A stretch of 64,000 nucleotides of DNA from Gammaproteobacteria bacterium (GTDB lineage: Bacteria; Pseudomonadota; Gammaproteobacteria; JAKDMP01): contig JALUYA010000001.1 in the NCBI GenBank assembly GCA_027018875.1, positions 13,457 through 77,456 of the forward strand, given 5' to 3'. The notes beneath the pieces are model-generated. The model did no database searches and was not told the DNA's origin. It saw nothing but the letters and a program-made list of their open reading frames with translations. Positions 31,089 to 42,513 of the stretch are shown piece by piece (position 1 is the first letter of the stretch; the number at the start of each line of letters is the position of its first letter). The position numbers and the translations under genes are program-made.

Positions 31089-32440
31089 ATGCAAAGCGTC
31101 GCTGGTTTGGAACCGATGGGATTCGCGGTCGGGTTGGTGGGCTGCCCTTGACGCCCGAGTTCGTGCTTAAGCTGGGTTGGGCTACTGCCCGGGTTCTTGG
31201 AACCGAGGGCGGTCGATTGGCTGTGATTGGCAAGGATACCCGGCGTTCCGGTTATATGTTCGAGTCGGCGCTGGAGGCGGGTTTTTCCGCGGCGGGTATG
31301 GATCTGAGGTTGCTCGGTCCGGTTCCGACACCTGCGGTGGCTTACTTTACGCGTACCTTTCGAGCCTCGGTCGGAGTGGTGATCAGTGCCTCACATAATT
31401 CATTTCACGACAACGGGATCAAGTTTTTTGGTGCCGATGGATTTAAGTTGCCCGATCATATCGAAGCCGAGATTGAGGCGGCCATGGATGAGCCGATGGT
31501 ATTGCCGAATTCCGCATTGCTGGGGAATGTACGTCGTATCGAAGATGCGCGGGGGCGGTACACCGAGTTTTGCAAGGCTTCCGTGCGTGGCGGCCTTTCT
31601 CTTTCCGGGTTGAAGTTGGTGCTCGATTGTGCCCATGGGGCTACTTATGTGGTGGCCCCCCAGGTTTTCCGTGAGTTGGGAGCCGAGGTGGAGGTGATCG
31701 GCAATGCCCCGGACGGGGTCAATATCAATGCCGGTTGCGGCTCGATGTATCCCGAGCATGTGTCGCAAGCGGTGCTTGCATCGGGAGCCGATTACGGCAT
31801 TGCCTTCGATGGTGATGGGGATCGGGTGCTCATGGTGGATGGGTCAGGCCGGGTTTATGATGGGGATGATTTGCTCTATGTGATTGCGATGCATCGTTCG
31901 GTACTGGGTGAACTTTCCGGTCCGGTCGTCGGTACGGTTATGAGTAATTTAGGGCTTGAACAGGCCTTGCTTCGCGCTGGGATACGGTTTGAACGAGCCC
32001 GGGTGGGCGATCGTTATGTCCTGACACGTTTGGCGGAAACGGCAGGGGTACTGGGAGGGGAATCTTCCGGGCATATAATCTGTTTGGACAGGACACAAAC
32101 GGGAGACGGAATCATTGCAAGTTTGGCGGTGATCTCGGCGGTAGTCGATAGCGGAAAATCCTTGGCCGATTTGACCGTGGATTTGGTTAAATATCCACAA
32201 GTGTTGATCAATGTGCCCGTTGAATGTGGAGAAAGGGTAGGTTCCGTGCTTGAGGACGATCAATTAGGTGCCACGGTAAAATTGATAGAAGGGCGTCTGG
32301 CCGATACGGGACGGGTACTCCTGCGAGCGTCCGGGACAGAACCTATGATCCGGGTTATGGTCGAAGGAGAAAAAGCAGATCAAGTCCGCGCCTGTGCCGA
32401 GGAATTGGTGGCAGCGGTGAAATCCTGCCCGGTACATTGA
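31085..32440 (+). CDS. glmM: phosphoglucosamine mutase GlmM
   Basis: RRWFGTDGIRG, active-site Ser in SASHNSFHDNGIKFF, and the sugar-binding loop. Confidence 0.9.
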   Translation: MNAKRRWFGTDGIRGRVGGLPLTPEFVLKLGWATARVLGTEGGRLAVIGKDTRRSGYMFESALEAGFSAAGMDLRLLGPVPTPAVAYFTRTFRASVGVVISASHNSFHDNGIKFFGADGFKLPDHIEAEIEAAMDEPMVLPNSALLGNVRRIEDARGRYTEFCKASVRGGLSLSGLKLVLDCAHGATYVVAPQVFRELGAEVEVIGNAPDGVNINAGCGSMYPEHVSQAVLASGADYGIAFDGDGDRVLMVDGSGRVYDGDDLLYVIAMHRSVLGELSGPVVGTVMSNLGLEQALLRAGIRFERARVGDRYVLTRLAETAGVLGGESSGHIICLDRTQTGDGIIASLAVISAVVDSGKSLADLTVDLVKYPQVLINVPVECGERVGSVLEDDQLGATVKLIEGRLADTGRVLLRASGTEPMIRVMVEGEKADQVRACAEELVAAVKSCPVH

Positions 32441-32494
32441 TTTGAATGCTTCGTCAGGCTATGATACAAAGTTTTCCTGGCCGGAGTCGGTTAA

Positions 32495-33259
32495 ATGCGC
32501 CGAGCGCTGATAGTGGCGAACTGGAAAATGTATGGCCGCCGCGAATTTGTCGCAGACTATGTGCGGGACTTGTCCGGTGGGCTTTCCGGATCTATCCCGG
32601 CCGATCTGGTCATTTGTCCGCCTGCGGTTTATCTGGGTGATCTGACGCGGCATTTGCCGGCGGCGATCGAGGCAGGAGCCCAAGATTGTTCACCCGATCG
32701 GGACGATGGTGCTTATACCGGTGAGATTTCCGCATCCATGTTTGCCGATATGGGCTGCCGCTGGGTGATTGTCGGTCACTCTGAACGGCGCCACCGCCTG
32801 CACGAGGACAATTCGCTGGTTGCCGCGAAATTTGCGGCCGTGCTAGCCGCGGGGGTCCGGCCTATTTTGTGCCTAGGAGAAACGGCCGAGGAGCGGGCTT
32901 CAGGGCATGCTGAATCCGTGGTCTTGAACCAGCTTGAGTCGGTGTTGGATACGATTGAAATTGGCGGATTGGCGCGAGCGGTCATTGCTTATGAGCCGGT
33001 CTGGGCAATTGGTTCTGGAACCTCGGCAACTCCGGCTGACGCCCAGGCCATGCATGAATTGTTGCGCCACGCGGTGGAACGTCGCAGTCCACGGATGGCC
33101 AAGGAGGTACGTATAATTTACGGCGGAAGCGTGAAACCGCAAAATGCGGTTGGCTTTTTCCGCCTGTCCGACGTGGATGGTGCTTTAGTCGGCGGGGCTT
33201 CGCTCAATGCCGGGATGTTTCTGGAGATTGTGTACGCAGTGGGCACGAGCCGGGTTTAA
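32495..33259 (+). CDS. tpiA: triosephosphate isomerase TpiA
   Basis: ANWKM, VGHSERR and AYEPVWAIGSG signatures. Confidence 0.9.
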   Translation: MRRALIVANWKMYGRREFVADYVRDLSGGLSGSIPADLVICPPAVYLGDLTRHLPAAIEAGAQDCSPDRDDGAYTGEISASMFADMGCRWVIVGHSERRHRLHEDNSLVAAKFAAVLAAGVRPILCLGETAEERASGHAESVVLNQLESVLDTIEIGGLARAVIAYEPVWAIGSGTSATPADAQAMHELLRHAVERRSPRMAKEVRIIYGGSVKPQNAVGFFRLSDVDGALVGGASLNAGMFLEIVYAVGTSRV

Positions 33260-33271
33260 CGGGAGTTTGAG

Positions 33272-33688
33272 ATGTTGTTTTCAATTTTGTTGGCGGTCAT
33301 GATTCTTCTCGGTGTCGTGATAACGGTGCTTATTTTATTGCAGCAGGGCAAGGGAGCTGATGCCGGAGCCGCTTTTGGGAGCGGCGCCTCGGGAACGGTG
33401 TTCGGCTCGCGCGGTTCAGGGGGATTTATGAGCCGAGCGACCGGCGGACTGATGGCATTGTTTATAGTACTCGCCGTAGTAATGGCCTGGATTACCCAGC
33501 ATAGTGGGGTACAGAGTTCCAGTGTCATGGTAGGGGCGGGCAGAGCGCCGGCGGCCATTACCCGCTCCTTGGCCGCCCCGGAGGTTCATACAACGACGGC
33601 TCCTGCATCTACGCCTGGAAATTCTTCGGGCACAAGCGGCATGCCGAAGAAAGCCGGTGAAAAGCCGGAGCCGGGAAAGGGGAGATGA
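33272..33688 (+). CDS. secG: preprotein translocase subunit SecG, with long Ala/Pro/Gly-rich C-terminal tail
   Basis: Two transmembrane helices flanking LLQQGKGADAGAAFGSGASGTVFGSRG. Followed by tRNA-Leu, as in secG-leuU of E. coli. Confidence 0.85.
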   Translation: MLFSILLAVMILLGVVITVLILLQQGKGADAGAAFGSGASGTVFGSRGSGGFMSRATGGLMALFIVLAVVMAWITQHSGVQSSSVMVGAGRAPAAITRSLAAPEVHTTTAPASTPGNSSGTSGMPKKAGEKPEPGKGR

Positions 33689-33719
33689 TAAATTTAGAGA
33701 TAGACTTAAAAGCTAAACT

Positions 33720-33804
33720 GCGGATGTGGTGGAATAGGTAGACACGCTGTCTTGAGGGGGCAGTGGCGCAAGCCGTGCCGGTTCGACTCCGGCCATCCGC
33801 ACCA
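33720..33804 (+). tRNA. tRNA-Leu (anticodon GAG), long variable arm
   Basis: GCGGATG acceptor stem pairing with CATCCGC. Anticodon stem CUGUC/GGCAG with loop UUGAGGG. Long variable arm, T-loop GGTTCGACTCC, encoded CCA. Confidence 0.85.
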
Positions 33805-33912
33805 GTTTGCGTGGTGAAAGTAGGCGAGGAGATGTGGGGGTATCGGGTTCGGATGACAATGGACTCGAATTTGCGTTAAAATATTTAAAATACGAAGCGG
33901 GAAGCGGCGAGG

Positions 33913-34269
33913 ATGCTGCAAAATTACCTGACGGTATTAATTTTCATTGGAGCCGGTATTGCGATTGGAGCCATACTCATTGTCGTCGGCTTGCTCTTGG
34001 CGCCACACCGGCCCGACGATGAGAAGGACTCGCCCTATGAATGCGGCTTTGAGCCTTTCGATGATAGTCGGCTTCGCTTTGATATCCGTTACTATCTGGT
34101 GGCGATCCTGTTTATTATTTTTGATCTTGAAATCGCTTTTCTTTTTCCCTGGGCGGTATCACTCCAGAAAATCGGGCTTACGGGACTGTTCGCGATGGCG
34201 GTGTTTTTAGCCATATTGATCGTAGGTTTCATTTATGAGTGGAAACGAGGGGCCATGGAATGGGAATAG
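33913..34269 (+). CDS. nuoA: NADH-quinone oxidoreductase subunit A
   Basis: Three transmembrane segments; PYECGFEPF motif. Confidence 0.9.
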   Translation: MLQNYLTVLIFIGAGIAIGAILIVVGLLLAPHRPDDEKDSPYECGFEPFDDSRLRFDIRYYLVAILFIIFDLEIAFLFPWAVSLQKIGLTGLFAMAVFLAILIVGFIYEWKRGAMEWE

Positions 34270-34736
34270 AAGGTACGTTGCCGCAGGGTATGCTGACCAC
34301 CACGATGGACAAGATGGTCAACTGGGCCCGTACAGGATCCTTGTGGCCGATGACTTTTGGTCTAGCCTGCTGCGCAGTGGAGATGATGCATGCCGGTGCG
34401 GCTCGCTATGACCTTGATCGGTTCGGCGTGGTTTTCAGGCCCAGCCCGAGACAGTCAGATGTGATGATCGTGGCCGGTACATTGGTCAATAAAATGGCTC
34501 CCGCACTGCGCAAGGTCTATGATCAAATGGCTGAGCCACGATGGGTGATCTCCATGGGATCTTGTGCCAATGGCGGGGGGTATTATCATTATTCTTATGC
34601 GGTCGTGCGCGGTTGCGACCGTATTGTTCCCGTGGATATTTATGTTCCCGGTTGTCCTCCTTCGGCCGAGCAACTGATTTATGGCATTATTCAATTGCAA
34701 AAAAAGATTCGCCGAACCAATACGTTGGCACGTTGA
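34260..34736 (+). CDS. nuoB: NADH-quinone oxidoreductase subunit B
   Basis: [15 protein letters not shown] and the N2 cluster ligands CANGGGYY...PGCPP. ATG at 34260 overlaps the nuoA end. Confidence 0.9.
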   Translation: MGIEGTLPQGMLTTTMDKMVNWARTGSLWPMTFGLACCAVEMMHAGAARYDLDRFGVVFRPSPRQSDVMIVAGTLVNKMAPALRKVYDQMAEPRWVISMGSCANGGGYYHYSYAVVRGCDRIVPVDIYVPGCPPSAEQLIYGIIQLQKKIRRTNTLAR

Positions 34737-34744
34737 AGGAGCTG

Positions 34745-35443
34745 ATGATGAGTGACTCGATTGAGGAGTTGGCGGGCGAAATTGACAAACGGTTTGATCA
34801 CTTGAAGCGCCAGGACTCAATCTCGGGTGAGTTAACCTATGAAATTCAACCCGGAGACATAGTCGGAACTTGCACGGCGCTACGCGATGAGACGTCGTTC
34901 CAATTTGAACAGTTGATTGATCTTTGCGGAGTTGATTATCTTACTTACGGTCAGTCGGAGTGGATCACCGAAGCGGCGACTTCACGGGGGTTTTCCCGAG
35001 GGGTCAAACGAGTTTCTCCCAGTCGTGACCCCGGGGCTTCCCGGCGTTTTGCAGTGGTATATCATCTTCTGTCTGTCCACTATAATCGCCGGTTAAGGCT
35101 GAAAACTTGGTGTGCAGATGAAGATTATCCGGTTTTACCCTCGGTGACCGGTATTTGGCCCTCGGCTAATTGGTTCGAGCGCGAAGCCTTCGACCTGTTC
35201 GGGATGCTCTTCACCGGGCATCCGGATTTACGCAGAATCTTGACTGACTACGGGTTTGTCGGCCACCCGTTTCGCAAGGATTTCCCCTTGTCGGGTGAAG
35301 TTGAAATGCGCTATGACCCTGAGCAAAAACGGGTTATTTACGAGCCGGCCAATATTGAACCGCGAACATTGGTTCCCCGGGTGATCCGCCACGATAATCG
35401 TTATAACGAAGTCCTTTCACGGCGGAGGGCAGGCGATGAGTGA
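34745..35443 (+). CDS. nuoC: NADH-quinone oxidoreductase subunit C (not fused to NuoD)
   Basis: NuoC/30-kDa family motifs [36 protein letters not shown] before ATGATG at 34745. The listed ORF start at 34541 overlaps nuoB and is rejected. Confidence 0.85.
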   Translation: MMSDSIEELAGEIDKRFDHLKRQDSISGELTYEIQPGDIVGTCTALRDETSFQFEQLIDLCGVDYLTYGQSEWITEAATSRGFSRGVKRVSPSRDPGASRRFAVVYHLLSVHYNRRLRLKTWCADEDYPVLPSVTGIWPSANWFEREAFDLFGMLFTGHPDLRRILTDYGFVGHPFRKDFPLSGEVEMRYDPEQKRVIYEPANIEPRTLVPRVIRHDNRYNEVLSRRRAGDE

Positions 35444-36689
35444 ATTCCAGACCTTCACCATGAATTTTGGACCCCAGCATCCGGCTGCTCACGGGGTGCT
35501 TAGATTAGTGCTCGAGATGGAAGGCGAGGTAATCTATAAAACGGATCCCCATATTGGTCTCTTGCATCGGGGAACCGAAAAATTAGCTGAGAGTAAAACC
35601 TTCAACCAGTCGATAGGCTACATGGATCGGCTTGATTACGTGTCGATGATGTGCAATGAGCACGCCTATGTGCTCGCCATAGAGAAATTGCTGGGCGTGA
35701 CTCCGCCGCTACGGGCTAAATATATACGGGTGATGTTCGATGAAATTACCCGTATTCTTAACCATCTTCTTTGGCTCGGGGCGCACGCGCTGGATGTTGG
35801 TGCGATGACGGTATTTTTATACTGCTTTCGTGAGCGTGAAGATTTGATGGATTGTTATGAAGCCGTATCGGGTGCGCGAATGCATGCAACGTATTATCGA
35901 CCCGGGGGTGTGTATCGTGATCTGCCGGATTCCATGCCCAAGTACAAACCTTCAAAATGGCACAACGAGCGTGAGACGCGCAAACGCAACGAATGGCGCG
36001 AAGGGTCATTGCTCGACTTTATCGAACATTTTAGCGAGAGTTTTCCCGACCGGGTTGATGAGTATGAGACGCTTCTGACCGAGAATCGTATCTGGAAGCA
36101 GCGTACGGTAGGCATTGGAACCGTGTCACCTGAACGGGCGCTTGCCCTTGGATTTACCGGGCCCATGCTTCGTGGGTCGGGGATTGAATGGGACCTGAGG
36201 CGTAAACAGCCCTATGAGGTTTACGATGATCTGAATTTTGAGATCCCTATTGGTGGTAATGGGGATTGTTATGACCGTTATTTGGTGAGGATTGAAGAAC
36301 TTCGGCAATCCACAAAAATTATCCGTCAATGTGTCGATTGGTTGCGTTCGAACCCCGGGCCGGTAATGCTTGAAGATGGTAAGGTTGATCCACCACGACG
36401 TGAAATCATGAAACGCGATATGGAATCGTTGATTCACCATTTCAAGCTTTTCTCCGAGGGATATTGCGTGCCCGAAGGAGAGGTGTATGCCGCGGTGGAG
36501 GCCCCCAAGGGAGAGTTTGGCGCTTATATTGTTTCCGATGGCGCCAACAAGCCTTATCGTCTTAAGCTACGGGCTCCCGGATTTGTTCATATTTCTGCAT
36601 TGGATGAGATGGTTCGCGGGCACATGGTGGCCGATCTTGTGGCAATCATCGGAAATCAGGATATTGTATTTGGCGAGGTGGATCGTTGA
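35436..36689 (+). CDS. nuoD: NADH-quinone oxidoreductase subunit D
   Basis: 49-kDa subunit signatures; LLHRGTEKL. Confidence 0.9.
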   Translation: MSEFQTFTMNFGPQHPAAHGVLRLVLEMEGEVIYKTDPHIGLLHRGTEKLAESKTFNQSIGYMDRLDYVSMMCNEHAYVLAIEKLLGVTPPLRAKYIRVMFDEITRILNHLLWLGAHALDVGAMTVFLYCFREREDLMDCYEAVSGARMHATYYRPGGVYRDLPDSMPKYKPSKWHNERETRKRNEWREGSLLDFIEHFSESFPDRVDEYETLLTENRIWKQRTVGIGTVSPERALALGFTGPMLRGSGIEWDLRRKQPYEVYDDLNFEIPIGGNGDCYDRYLVRIEELRQSTKIIRQCVDWLRSNPGPVMLEDGKVDPPRREIMKRDMESLIHHFKLFSEGYCVPEGEVYAAVEAPKGEFGAYIVSDGANKPYRLKLRAPGFVHISALDEMVRGHMVADLVAIIGNQDIVFGEVDR

Positions 36690-37189
36690 TGAACACCGAG
36701 GAAGCCAGGGCACGACTTGGTCAATCCGTGTGCGATGAGATCGACTCATGGATAGCAAAATTCCCCGAGAAACATTCGCGCTCGGCTTCAATTGCTGCAT
36801 TGCGGGCCGTTCAGCATGCAGAGGGGGGATATTTAAGCGTTGAGTCTATGGATGCCGTTGCAGCCTACTTGGATCTTGAGCCTATCGCGATTTACGAGAT
36901 TGCAAGTTTTTACTCCATGCTGGAAACTAGTCCGGTAGGCAGACATAGCGTATCGGTTTGCACCAATATTTCATGCATGTTGTGCGGAGGAGAAGCGATA
37001 TTGTCGCATATCGAGCGCAAGCTGAATATAAAAGTGGGCGAATCCACTCCCGACGGGAGAATTTTTCTCAAGCGCGAAGAGGAATGTCTTGCCGCCTGTA
37101 CGCAAGCGCCGATGATGATGGTTGATCATGTTTACTACACCAATCTGACCACCGAGAAAGTGGACCAGATATTGGACAACCTGGAGTAG
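36689..37189 (+). CDS. nuoE: NADH-quinone oxidoreductase subunit E
   Basis: Thioredoxin-like 2Fe-2S Cys (CTNISCMLCG...C); ATG overlaps the nuoD stop. Confidence 0.9.
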   Translation: MNTEEARARLGQSVCDEIDSWIAKFPEKHSRSASIAALRAVQHAEGGYLSVESMDAVAAYLDLEPIAIYEIASFYSMLETSPVGRHSVSVCTNISCMLCGGEAILSHIERKLNIKVGESTPDGRIFLKREEECLAACTQAPMMMVDHVYYTNLTTEKVDQILDNLE

Positions 37190-37192
37190 AAG

Positions 37193-38503
37193 ATGGAACT
37201 CAATCAGGTCTGCTATGAGACGCTTCGGTTTGATAAACCATGGACATTGGAAAATTACCGTCGGATAGGTGGTTACCAGGTCTGGGAGCGTATTCTGCGT
37301 GAGCAACCTGATCCAGTCTCTATTGTGGAAGAGATCAAGAAATCTGGCTTACGTGGCCGTGGTGGTGCTGGGTTTCCAACCGGTGTGAAATGGAGTTTCA
37401 TGCCTAAGGGCGACCCTTCTCCGTATAAGCACTTGGTATGTAATTCCGATGAAAGTGAGCCTGGCACCTGTAAGGATCGAGATATCTTGCGATTTAATCC
37501 CCATGCGCTGGTAGAGGGTATGGCGATTGCCTGTTACGCGATGCGCAGCGAGCTTGGATACAACTATCTACGTGGCGAGTTCATGGATGAGCCCTATGGA
37601 CGATTTTCTCAGGCTTTGAAAGAGGCTTATAACGAAGGGCTTTTGGGGAAAAATATTCGCAAAAGTGGGATAAACGTCGATCTGCATGCCGTTCTTGGAG
37701 CCGGTGCTTATATCTGTGGTGAGGAGACGGGGCTGCTCGAATCGCTTGAAGGTAAAAAGGGGATGCCGCGATTCAAACCGCCATTTCCGGCACAGTATGG
37801 CGTTTGGGGCCGCCCCACGACGGTCAATAACACTGAAACGTTGGCCTCAGTGCCCACGATATTGCGTCGGGGTTCCGGATGGTTTATGAAAATCGGGAAG
37901 GATGAGAAAAACGGAGGGACCAAGATCTTTTCGGTCTCGGGACATGTTAGTAAACCGGGAAACTACGAAGTCCCATTAGGGGTGCCGTTCGCCGAACTTT
38001 TTGAATTGGCAGGGGGAATGCGCTTGGGAAAAAAACTCAAGGCCGTTATCCCGGGAGGATCTTCGGTACCGGTGCTCCCTGCCGAACGGATCATGACGGC
38101 AACGATGGATTATGACGGAATCCAGAAGGCCGGATCAATGCTTGGATCCGGCGCCGTTATTGTGATGGATGAGGATACCTGCATGGTAAGGGTTCTGGAA
38201 CGTTTATCACGCTTTTACTATGCCGAGTCATGCGGCCAGTGTACCCCTTGCCGCGAGGGTACCGGTTGGATGTATCGTGCAGTGAGCCGAATTGAGAACG
38301 GTCGGGGGCACATGGAAGATCTGGATAAATTGGTGGATATTTCCCATCATATTGAGGGACACACCATCTGTGCCCTGGGTGACGCTGCATCCATGCCGGT
38401 ATGGAGTTTTATCAAGCACTTTCGGGATGAATTCGAATACCACGTACGTGAGCGCAGATGCCTTGTCGGACCTGGGGCGGTGCACAGAGAATTGGCGGCC
38501 TGA
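37193..38503 (+). CDS. nuoF: NADH-quinone oxidoreductase subunit F
   Basis: FMN/NADH site GAGAYICGEETGLLESLEG; 4Fe-4S ligands ESCGQCTPCREG. Confidence 0.95.
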   Translation: MELNQVCYETLRFDKPWTLENYRRIGGYQVWERILREQPDPVSIVEEIKKSGLRGRGGAGFPTGVKWSFMPKGDPSPYKHLVCNSDESEPGTCKDRDILRFNPHALVEGMAIACYAMRSELGYNYLRGEFMDEPYGRFSQALKEAYNEGLLGKNIRKSGINVDLHAVLGAGAYICGEETGLLESLEGKKGMPRFKPPFPAQYGVWGRPTTVNNTETLASVPTILRRGSGWFMKIGKDEKNGGTKIFSVSGHVSKPGNYEVPLGVPFAELFELAGGMRLGKKLKAVIPGGSSVPVLPAERIMTATMDYDGIQKAGSMLGSGAVIVMDEDTCMVRVLERLSRFYYAESCGQCTPCREGTGWMYRAVSRIENGRGHMEDLDKLVDISHHIEGHTICALGDAASMPVWSFIKHFRDEFEYHVRERRCLVGPGAVHRELAA

Positions 38504-38527
38504 ATTGGCTACGGGAATTGAACTGAA

Positions 38528-40906
38528 ATGAATGATAACCATGTCAAGCTGACTATCGATGGCCACCTGTTAGAGGCCCCCAAGGGGGAAACAATTATTC
38601 AGGTAGCCGACGAAGCGGGTATCTATATTCCCCGTTTTTGTTATCACAAGCACTTGCCGATTGTTGCGAATTGCCGCATGTGCCTGGTCGAGGTCGAGGG
38701 GGTGGGTAAACCGTTGCCGGCATGTTCGACCCCGATTACCGAAGGTATGTCAGTGCGAACCCGTTCCGAACATGCCACCGATGCACAACGCGCAACGATG
38801 GAGTTTCTGCTGATTAATCACCCTCTGGATTGTCCCGTTTGCGATCAGGGGGGCGAGTGCGAATTGCAGGATCTGGCCTTAGGGTTTGGTCGTGGGGTAT
38901 CGCGCTTTACCGAAACCAAGCGTGTCGTCCCCGACGAGCAGATTGGCCCCTTGGTTCAAACATCGATGACCCGCTGTATTTACTGTACCCGCTGTATAAG
39001 GGTTCTGGAAGAGGTTGGTGGCCGTCGGGAAATCGGTGCGACTGGTCGTGGCGAACACATGAAAATCGGCACCTATATCGAGCATAGCATCAACTCGGAG
39101 TTGTCCGGGAATATCATCGATGTGTGTCCGGTAGGTGCACTGAATTCGGCGCCTTTTAAAATGCAGGCCAGGGGCTGGGAATTACTCTCCCATGTTACGG
39201 TTTCGCCGCATGATTGCCTGGGATCGAATCTCTATGGTCACTCGCTTCGCGGGAAGTTACTTCGTGTTGTGCCGCGCGAAAACAATTCCATTAATGACAC
39301 CTGGATTTCGGATCGGGATCGCTTTAGTTATACCGGGTTGACCGCATCGGATAGAGCCAGGGTTCCATTGATACGGCGGAACGGTGAATTAATCCAGGTC
39401 GAGTGGGAAGCTGCACTCGAATATGCCGTGGGGATATTGAAGAAGGCTGGTGCAGATCTGGGTACGATCCTATCTCCCTCGACGACTTTGGAGGAGATGT
39501 ATCTCGCTCAAAAGCTGATACGTAGGCTGGGCTCGAACAATATTGATACCCGTATCCGCCAGCATGATTTTCGGGATGACGTGGGGGATCCCCGCTTTCC
39601 GTCACTGGGAGGGAGCATTCGCGAAGTCAGCAATGCCGATGCGATCCTGATTATTGGCTCAAGGCTAAATAAGGAAGTGCCTATCCTGGGTTATCAGGTG
39701 CGCAAGGCCGCCCGGAAGGGTTCGACCGTCATGGTGCTGAATCCACGTCGATATGATTTGGTCCTTCCGATTTCTCATGAGAAAATAGTTTCTCCACAAC
39801 AATTGGTTAATGCTGTGGCGGCGTTGGTGCGGGCATTGGCGAGAGAGGTGAATCGAAGTTTACCGGACTTTATGAGTCAATTTTCCCTCGATAAAGAGTA
39901 TGAATTCACGCCTATTGTTAAGCGACTAGCTGCTGCCGACCGTGCATACATCATCTTGGGCCATATCGCGGTGCAGCATTCCTCGTTTGCCGACCTTAGG
40001 CGTCTCGGGGCCTTGCTTGCAAAATTGTCAGATGGTAGATTTGGGGTAATTACCGAAGGTTCGAATCAGGCCGGGGCTTACCTGGCTGGCGCAGTTCCTC
40101 ATCGAGGTCCCGGGGGAGTTCCGGTTATGCCCGGGATGACGGCAAGAAACATGTTCGAGAAGCATCTTCCTGGCTACTTTATATGGAGTATCGAGCCGGA
40201 GTTCGACTGTTGGGATGGACCTGCGGCACGTGCTGCGCTTGATGCCGGATCGGTTGTCGCGGCAGTGTCTTTTATCACCCCCGCTATGCGGGAGTATGCA
40301 GATTGCATACTCCCGGTTGCCGCTTTTGGTGAGACTTCGGGCAGTTATGTCAATGTGGCCGGTGAACTGCAGCATTTTAATGCCGCTGCAATACCTATGG
40401 GAGAATCACGGCCAGGGTGGAAAATTCTTCGAGCCCTAGGAGCGGAAGCCGGTTTGGTGAATGAATTCAGCTATGCGCGGTTAGGCGAAATTCATGCTGA
40501 ATTGATGAGTTCAATCGGCGGGACGCCGTTGGCTGGTGGGGATATGGAATATTCTGGAAACTGGGAAGTCAAGCCGGGGATTCCGGATAATAAAAATCTC
40601 CATGCATTTATAGAAGTAGGACCTTATGCCGGTGATCCCTTGGTTCGCCGGGCCGAACCCCTGCAGCAAACTGAGGATGCGAAACACTCCGGATACGCCT
40701 GGATAAGCCCCACTGATGCCCGAGAACTGAACATTTTTGATAATCAGCTGGTTCGGATTTCCGGCTCTGGGAGCAATCGGGCCGATTTGGTGGCAAAATT
40801 AAGTAAAGACGTTACCAGAGGTTCTGTCTGGATTCCTTTGGGTTGTGGGTTGCCAATGCATGGGCAGGTGATGCTGTCGGCAATTCCGGTTGCGGCTGAA
40901 GCCTGA
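38528..40906 (+). CDS. nuoG: NADH-quinone oxidoreductase subunit G
   Basis: N-terminal 2Fe-2S and 4Fe-4S Cys clusters and a molybdopterin-like domain; 792 aa. Confidence 0.9.
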   Translation: MNDNHVKLTIDGHLLEAPKGETIIQVADEAGIYIPRFCYHKHLPIVANCRMCLVEVEGVGKPLPACSTPITEGMSVRTRSEHATDAQRATMEFLLINHPLDCPVCDQGGECELQDLALGFGRGVSRFTETKRVVPDEQIGPLVQTSMTRCIYCTRCIRVLEEVGGRREIGATGRGEHMKIGTYIEHSINSELSGNIIDVCPVGALNSAPFKMQARGWELLSHVTVSPHDCLGSNLYGHSLRGKLLRVVPRENNSINDTWISDRDRFSYTGLTASDRARVPLIRRNGELIQVEWEAALEYAVGILKKAGADLGTILSPSTTLEEMYLAQKLIRRLGSNNIDTRIRQHDFRDDVGDPRFPSLGGSIREVSNADAILIIGSRLNKEVPILGYQVRKAARKGSTVMVLNPRRYDLVLPISHEKIVSPQQLVNAVAALVRALAREVNRSLPDFMSQFSLDKEYEFTPIVKRLAAADRAYIILGHIAVQHSSFADLRRLGALLAKLSDGRFGVITEGSNQAGAYLAGAVPHRGPGGVPVMPGMTARNMFEKHLPGYFIWSIEPEFDCWDGPAARAALDAGSVVAAVSFITPAMREYADCILPVAAFGETSGSYVNVAGELQHFNAAAIPMGESRPGWKILRALGAEAGLVNEFSYARLGEIHAELMSSIGGTPLAGGDMEYSGNWEVKPGIPDNKNLHAFIEVGPYAGDPLVRRAEPLQQTEDAKHSGYAWISPTDARELNIFDNQLVRISGSGSNRADLVAKLSKDVTRGSVWIPLGCGLPMHGQVMLSAIPVAAEA

Positions 40907-40930
40907 AGACGTTAGAAGGAAACATAAATC

Positions 40931-41983
40931 ATGCAACATTTCGCGGGGTATTTCGTTAGCGCATGGGGTGCAATTCCCGCATGGGTGCAATATCTTCTTT
41001 TCACGCTTGGGAAAATTCTCGCTATAGCGGTCCCCGTTATTCTGTCGGTTGCTTATCTGACCTATGCCGAACGCAAGGTCATCGGTTACATGCAGTCACG
41101 AATCGGACCCAACAGGGTTGGGTTCCGGGGTTTGCTGCAACCCTTTGCCGATGTCATTAAGTTGATGATGAAGGAAGTCGTATTTCCTGCTAATGCCAAT
41201 CGCTACCTGTTTTTCATTGCTCCCGTGCTTTCAATGATGCCTGCGATTGCTGCCTGGGTGGTCGTTCCGTTTTTTCCGAATGGATCCGCAGCGAATGTCA
41301 ATGCGGGCTTATTGCTTATTCTTGCGCTGACTTCGCTGGGTATTTATGGCATTATTATCTCAGGCTGGGCTTCGAATTCTAAGTATGCTTTCTTGGGCGC
41401 AATGCGTTCCGCGGCCCAGATGGTAGCCTACGAGATTGCAATGGGATTTGCCATAGTGGGCGTATTGATGGCGGCGCAAACATTGAATCTAGGGCAGATT
41501 ATCCAGCATCAAAGTGGAGCATTTTGGCATTGGTATTTTATTCCTTTGGCGCCCTTGGTTGTGGTTTATTTCGTTTCCGCAGTTGCCGAGACTAATCGAT
41601 TGCCATTTGATGTAGCCGAGGGTGAGTCGGAAATTGTTGCCGGATTTCATGTGGAATACTCTGGAATGGCTTTTGCCGTGTTTTTTCTGGCTGAGTATGC
41701 CAACATGATTCTTGTTTCGGCGCTTGCGTCCATTATGTTTTTCGGCGGTTGGCTATCGCCGTTTGAGGGTATTCCCTATATTGGTGCCCCCAGTGCGGGT
41801 TGGCTTTTCCTTAAAATAGGCATACTTCTCTTCCTCATGCTCTGGTTCCGTGCTACTTTTCCCAGATACCGGTACGATCAGATCATGCGCCTTGGCTGGA
41901 AGGTATTTATTCCGGTTACCTTGGTATGGATCTTCGTGGAAGGTGCATTTTTAATTGTCCATCTTCCGCCATGGTTCAGCTGA
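40931..41983 (+). CDS. nuoH: NADH-quinone oxidoreductase subunit H
   Basis: Polytopic membrane protein with [22 protein letters not shown] signature. Confidence 0.9.
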   Translation: MQHFAGYFVSAWGAIPAWVQYLLFTLGKILAIAVPVILSVAYLTYAERKVIGYMQSRIGPNRVGFRGLLQPFADVIKLMMKEVVFPANANRYLFFIAPVLSMMPAIAAWVVVPFFPNGSAANVNAGLLLILALTSLGIYGIIISGWASNSKYAFLGAMRSAAQMVAYEIAMGFAIVGVLMAAQTLNLGQIIQHQSGAFWHWYFIPLAPLVVVYFVSAVAETNRLPFDVAEGESEIVAGFHVEYSGMAFAVFFLAEYANMILVSALASIMFFGGWLSPFEGIPYIGAPSAGWLFLKIGILLFLMLWFRATFPRYRYDQIMRLGWKVFIPVTLVWIFVEGAFLIVHLPPWFS

Positions 41984-41996
41984 TTCGGAGTTGATT

Positions 41997-42491
41997 ATGC
42001 TGAAGCTTAGACTCAAGGAGTGGATCAACAGTTTTCTTCTCCTGGAACTTCTGAAAGGTATGGGGGTAACCGGCAGGTATTTCTTAAAAACCAAGATAAC
42101 GGTTCAGTACCCGGAGGAGCAGGCACCTAAGTCTCCTCGCTATCGGGGCCTGCATGCTTTGCGTCGTTATCCCAACGGGGAAGAACGTTGTATTGCCTGT
42201 AAGCTTTGCGAGGTAGTATGTCCGGCTTTGGCTATAACCATTGATTCTGAGCGCCGTGAAGACGGGACACGCCGAACCAAACGATATGATATTGACCTGT
42301 TTAAATGTATTTATTGTGGCTTTTGTGAGGAGGCATGCCCAGTAGATTCTATTGTTGAGACCCGCGTCACCGAATTTCATTTTGAAGAGCGGGGGCAACA
42401 ATTGATGACCAAGGACAAGTTGATCGCTATTGGCGATCGTTATGAGAAAATGATTGCGGCCGATAAAGCTGCAGATTCTGCTTACCGATGA
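41997..42491 (+). CDS. nuoI: NADH-quinone oxidoreductase subunit I
   Basis: Two ferredoxin-type CxxCxxCxxxCP motifs. Start at MLKLRLKEW; the listed ORF starts at 41955 inside nuoH. Confidence 0.9.
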   Translation: MLKLRLKEWINSFLLLELLKGMGVTGRYFLKTKITVQYPEEQAPKSPRYRGLHALRRYPNGEERCIACKLCEVVCPALAITIDSERREDGTRRTKRYDIDLFKCIYCGFCEEACPVDSIVETRVTEFHFEERGQQLMTKDKLIAIGDRYEKMIAADKAADSAYR

Positions 42492-42513
42492 TACGCAAGT
42501 AGCGGAGAGTATT

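Noticed and set aside
34541-34744. Upstream extension of nuoC overlapping nuoB in another frame
   Set aside because: NuoC homology begins at MMSDSIEEL (ATG 34745), preceded by a GAAGGAG RBS. The extension would overlap 200 nt of nuoB and has no homology.
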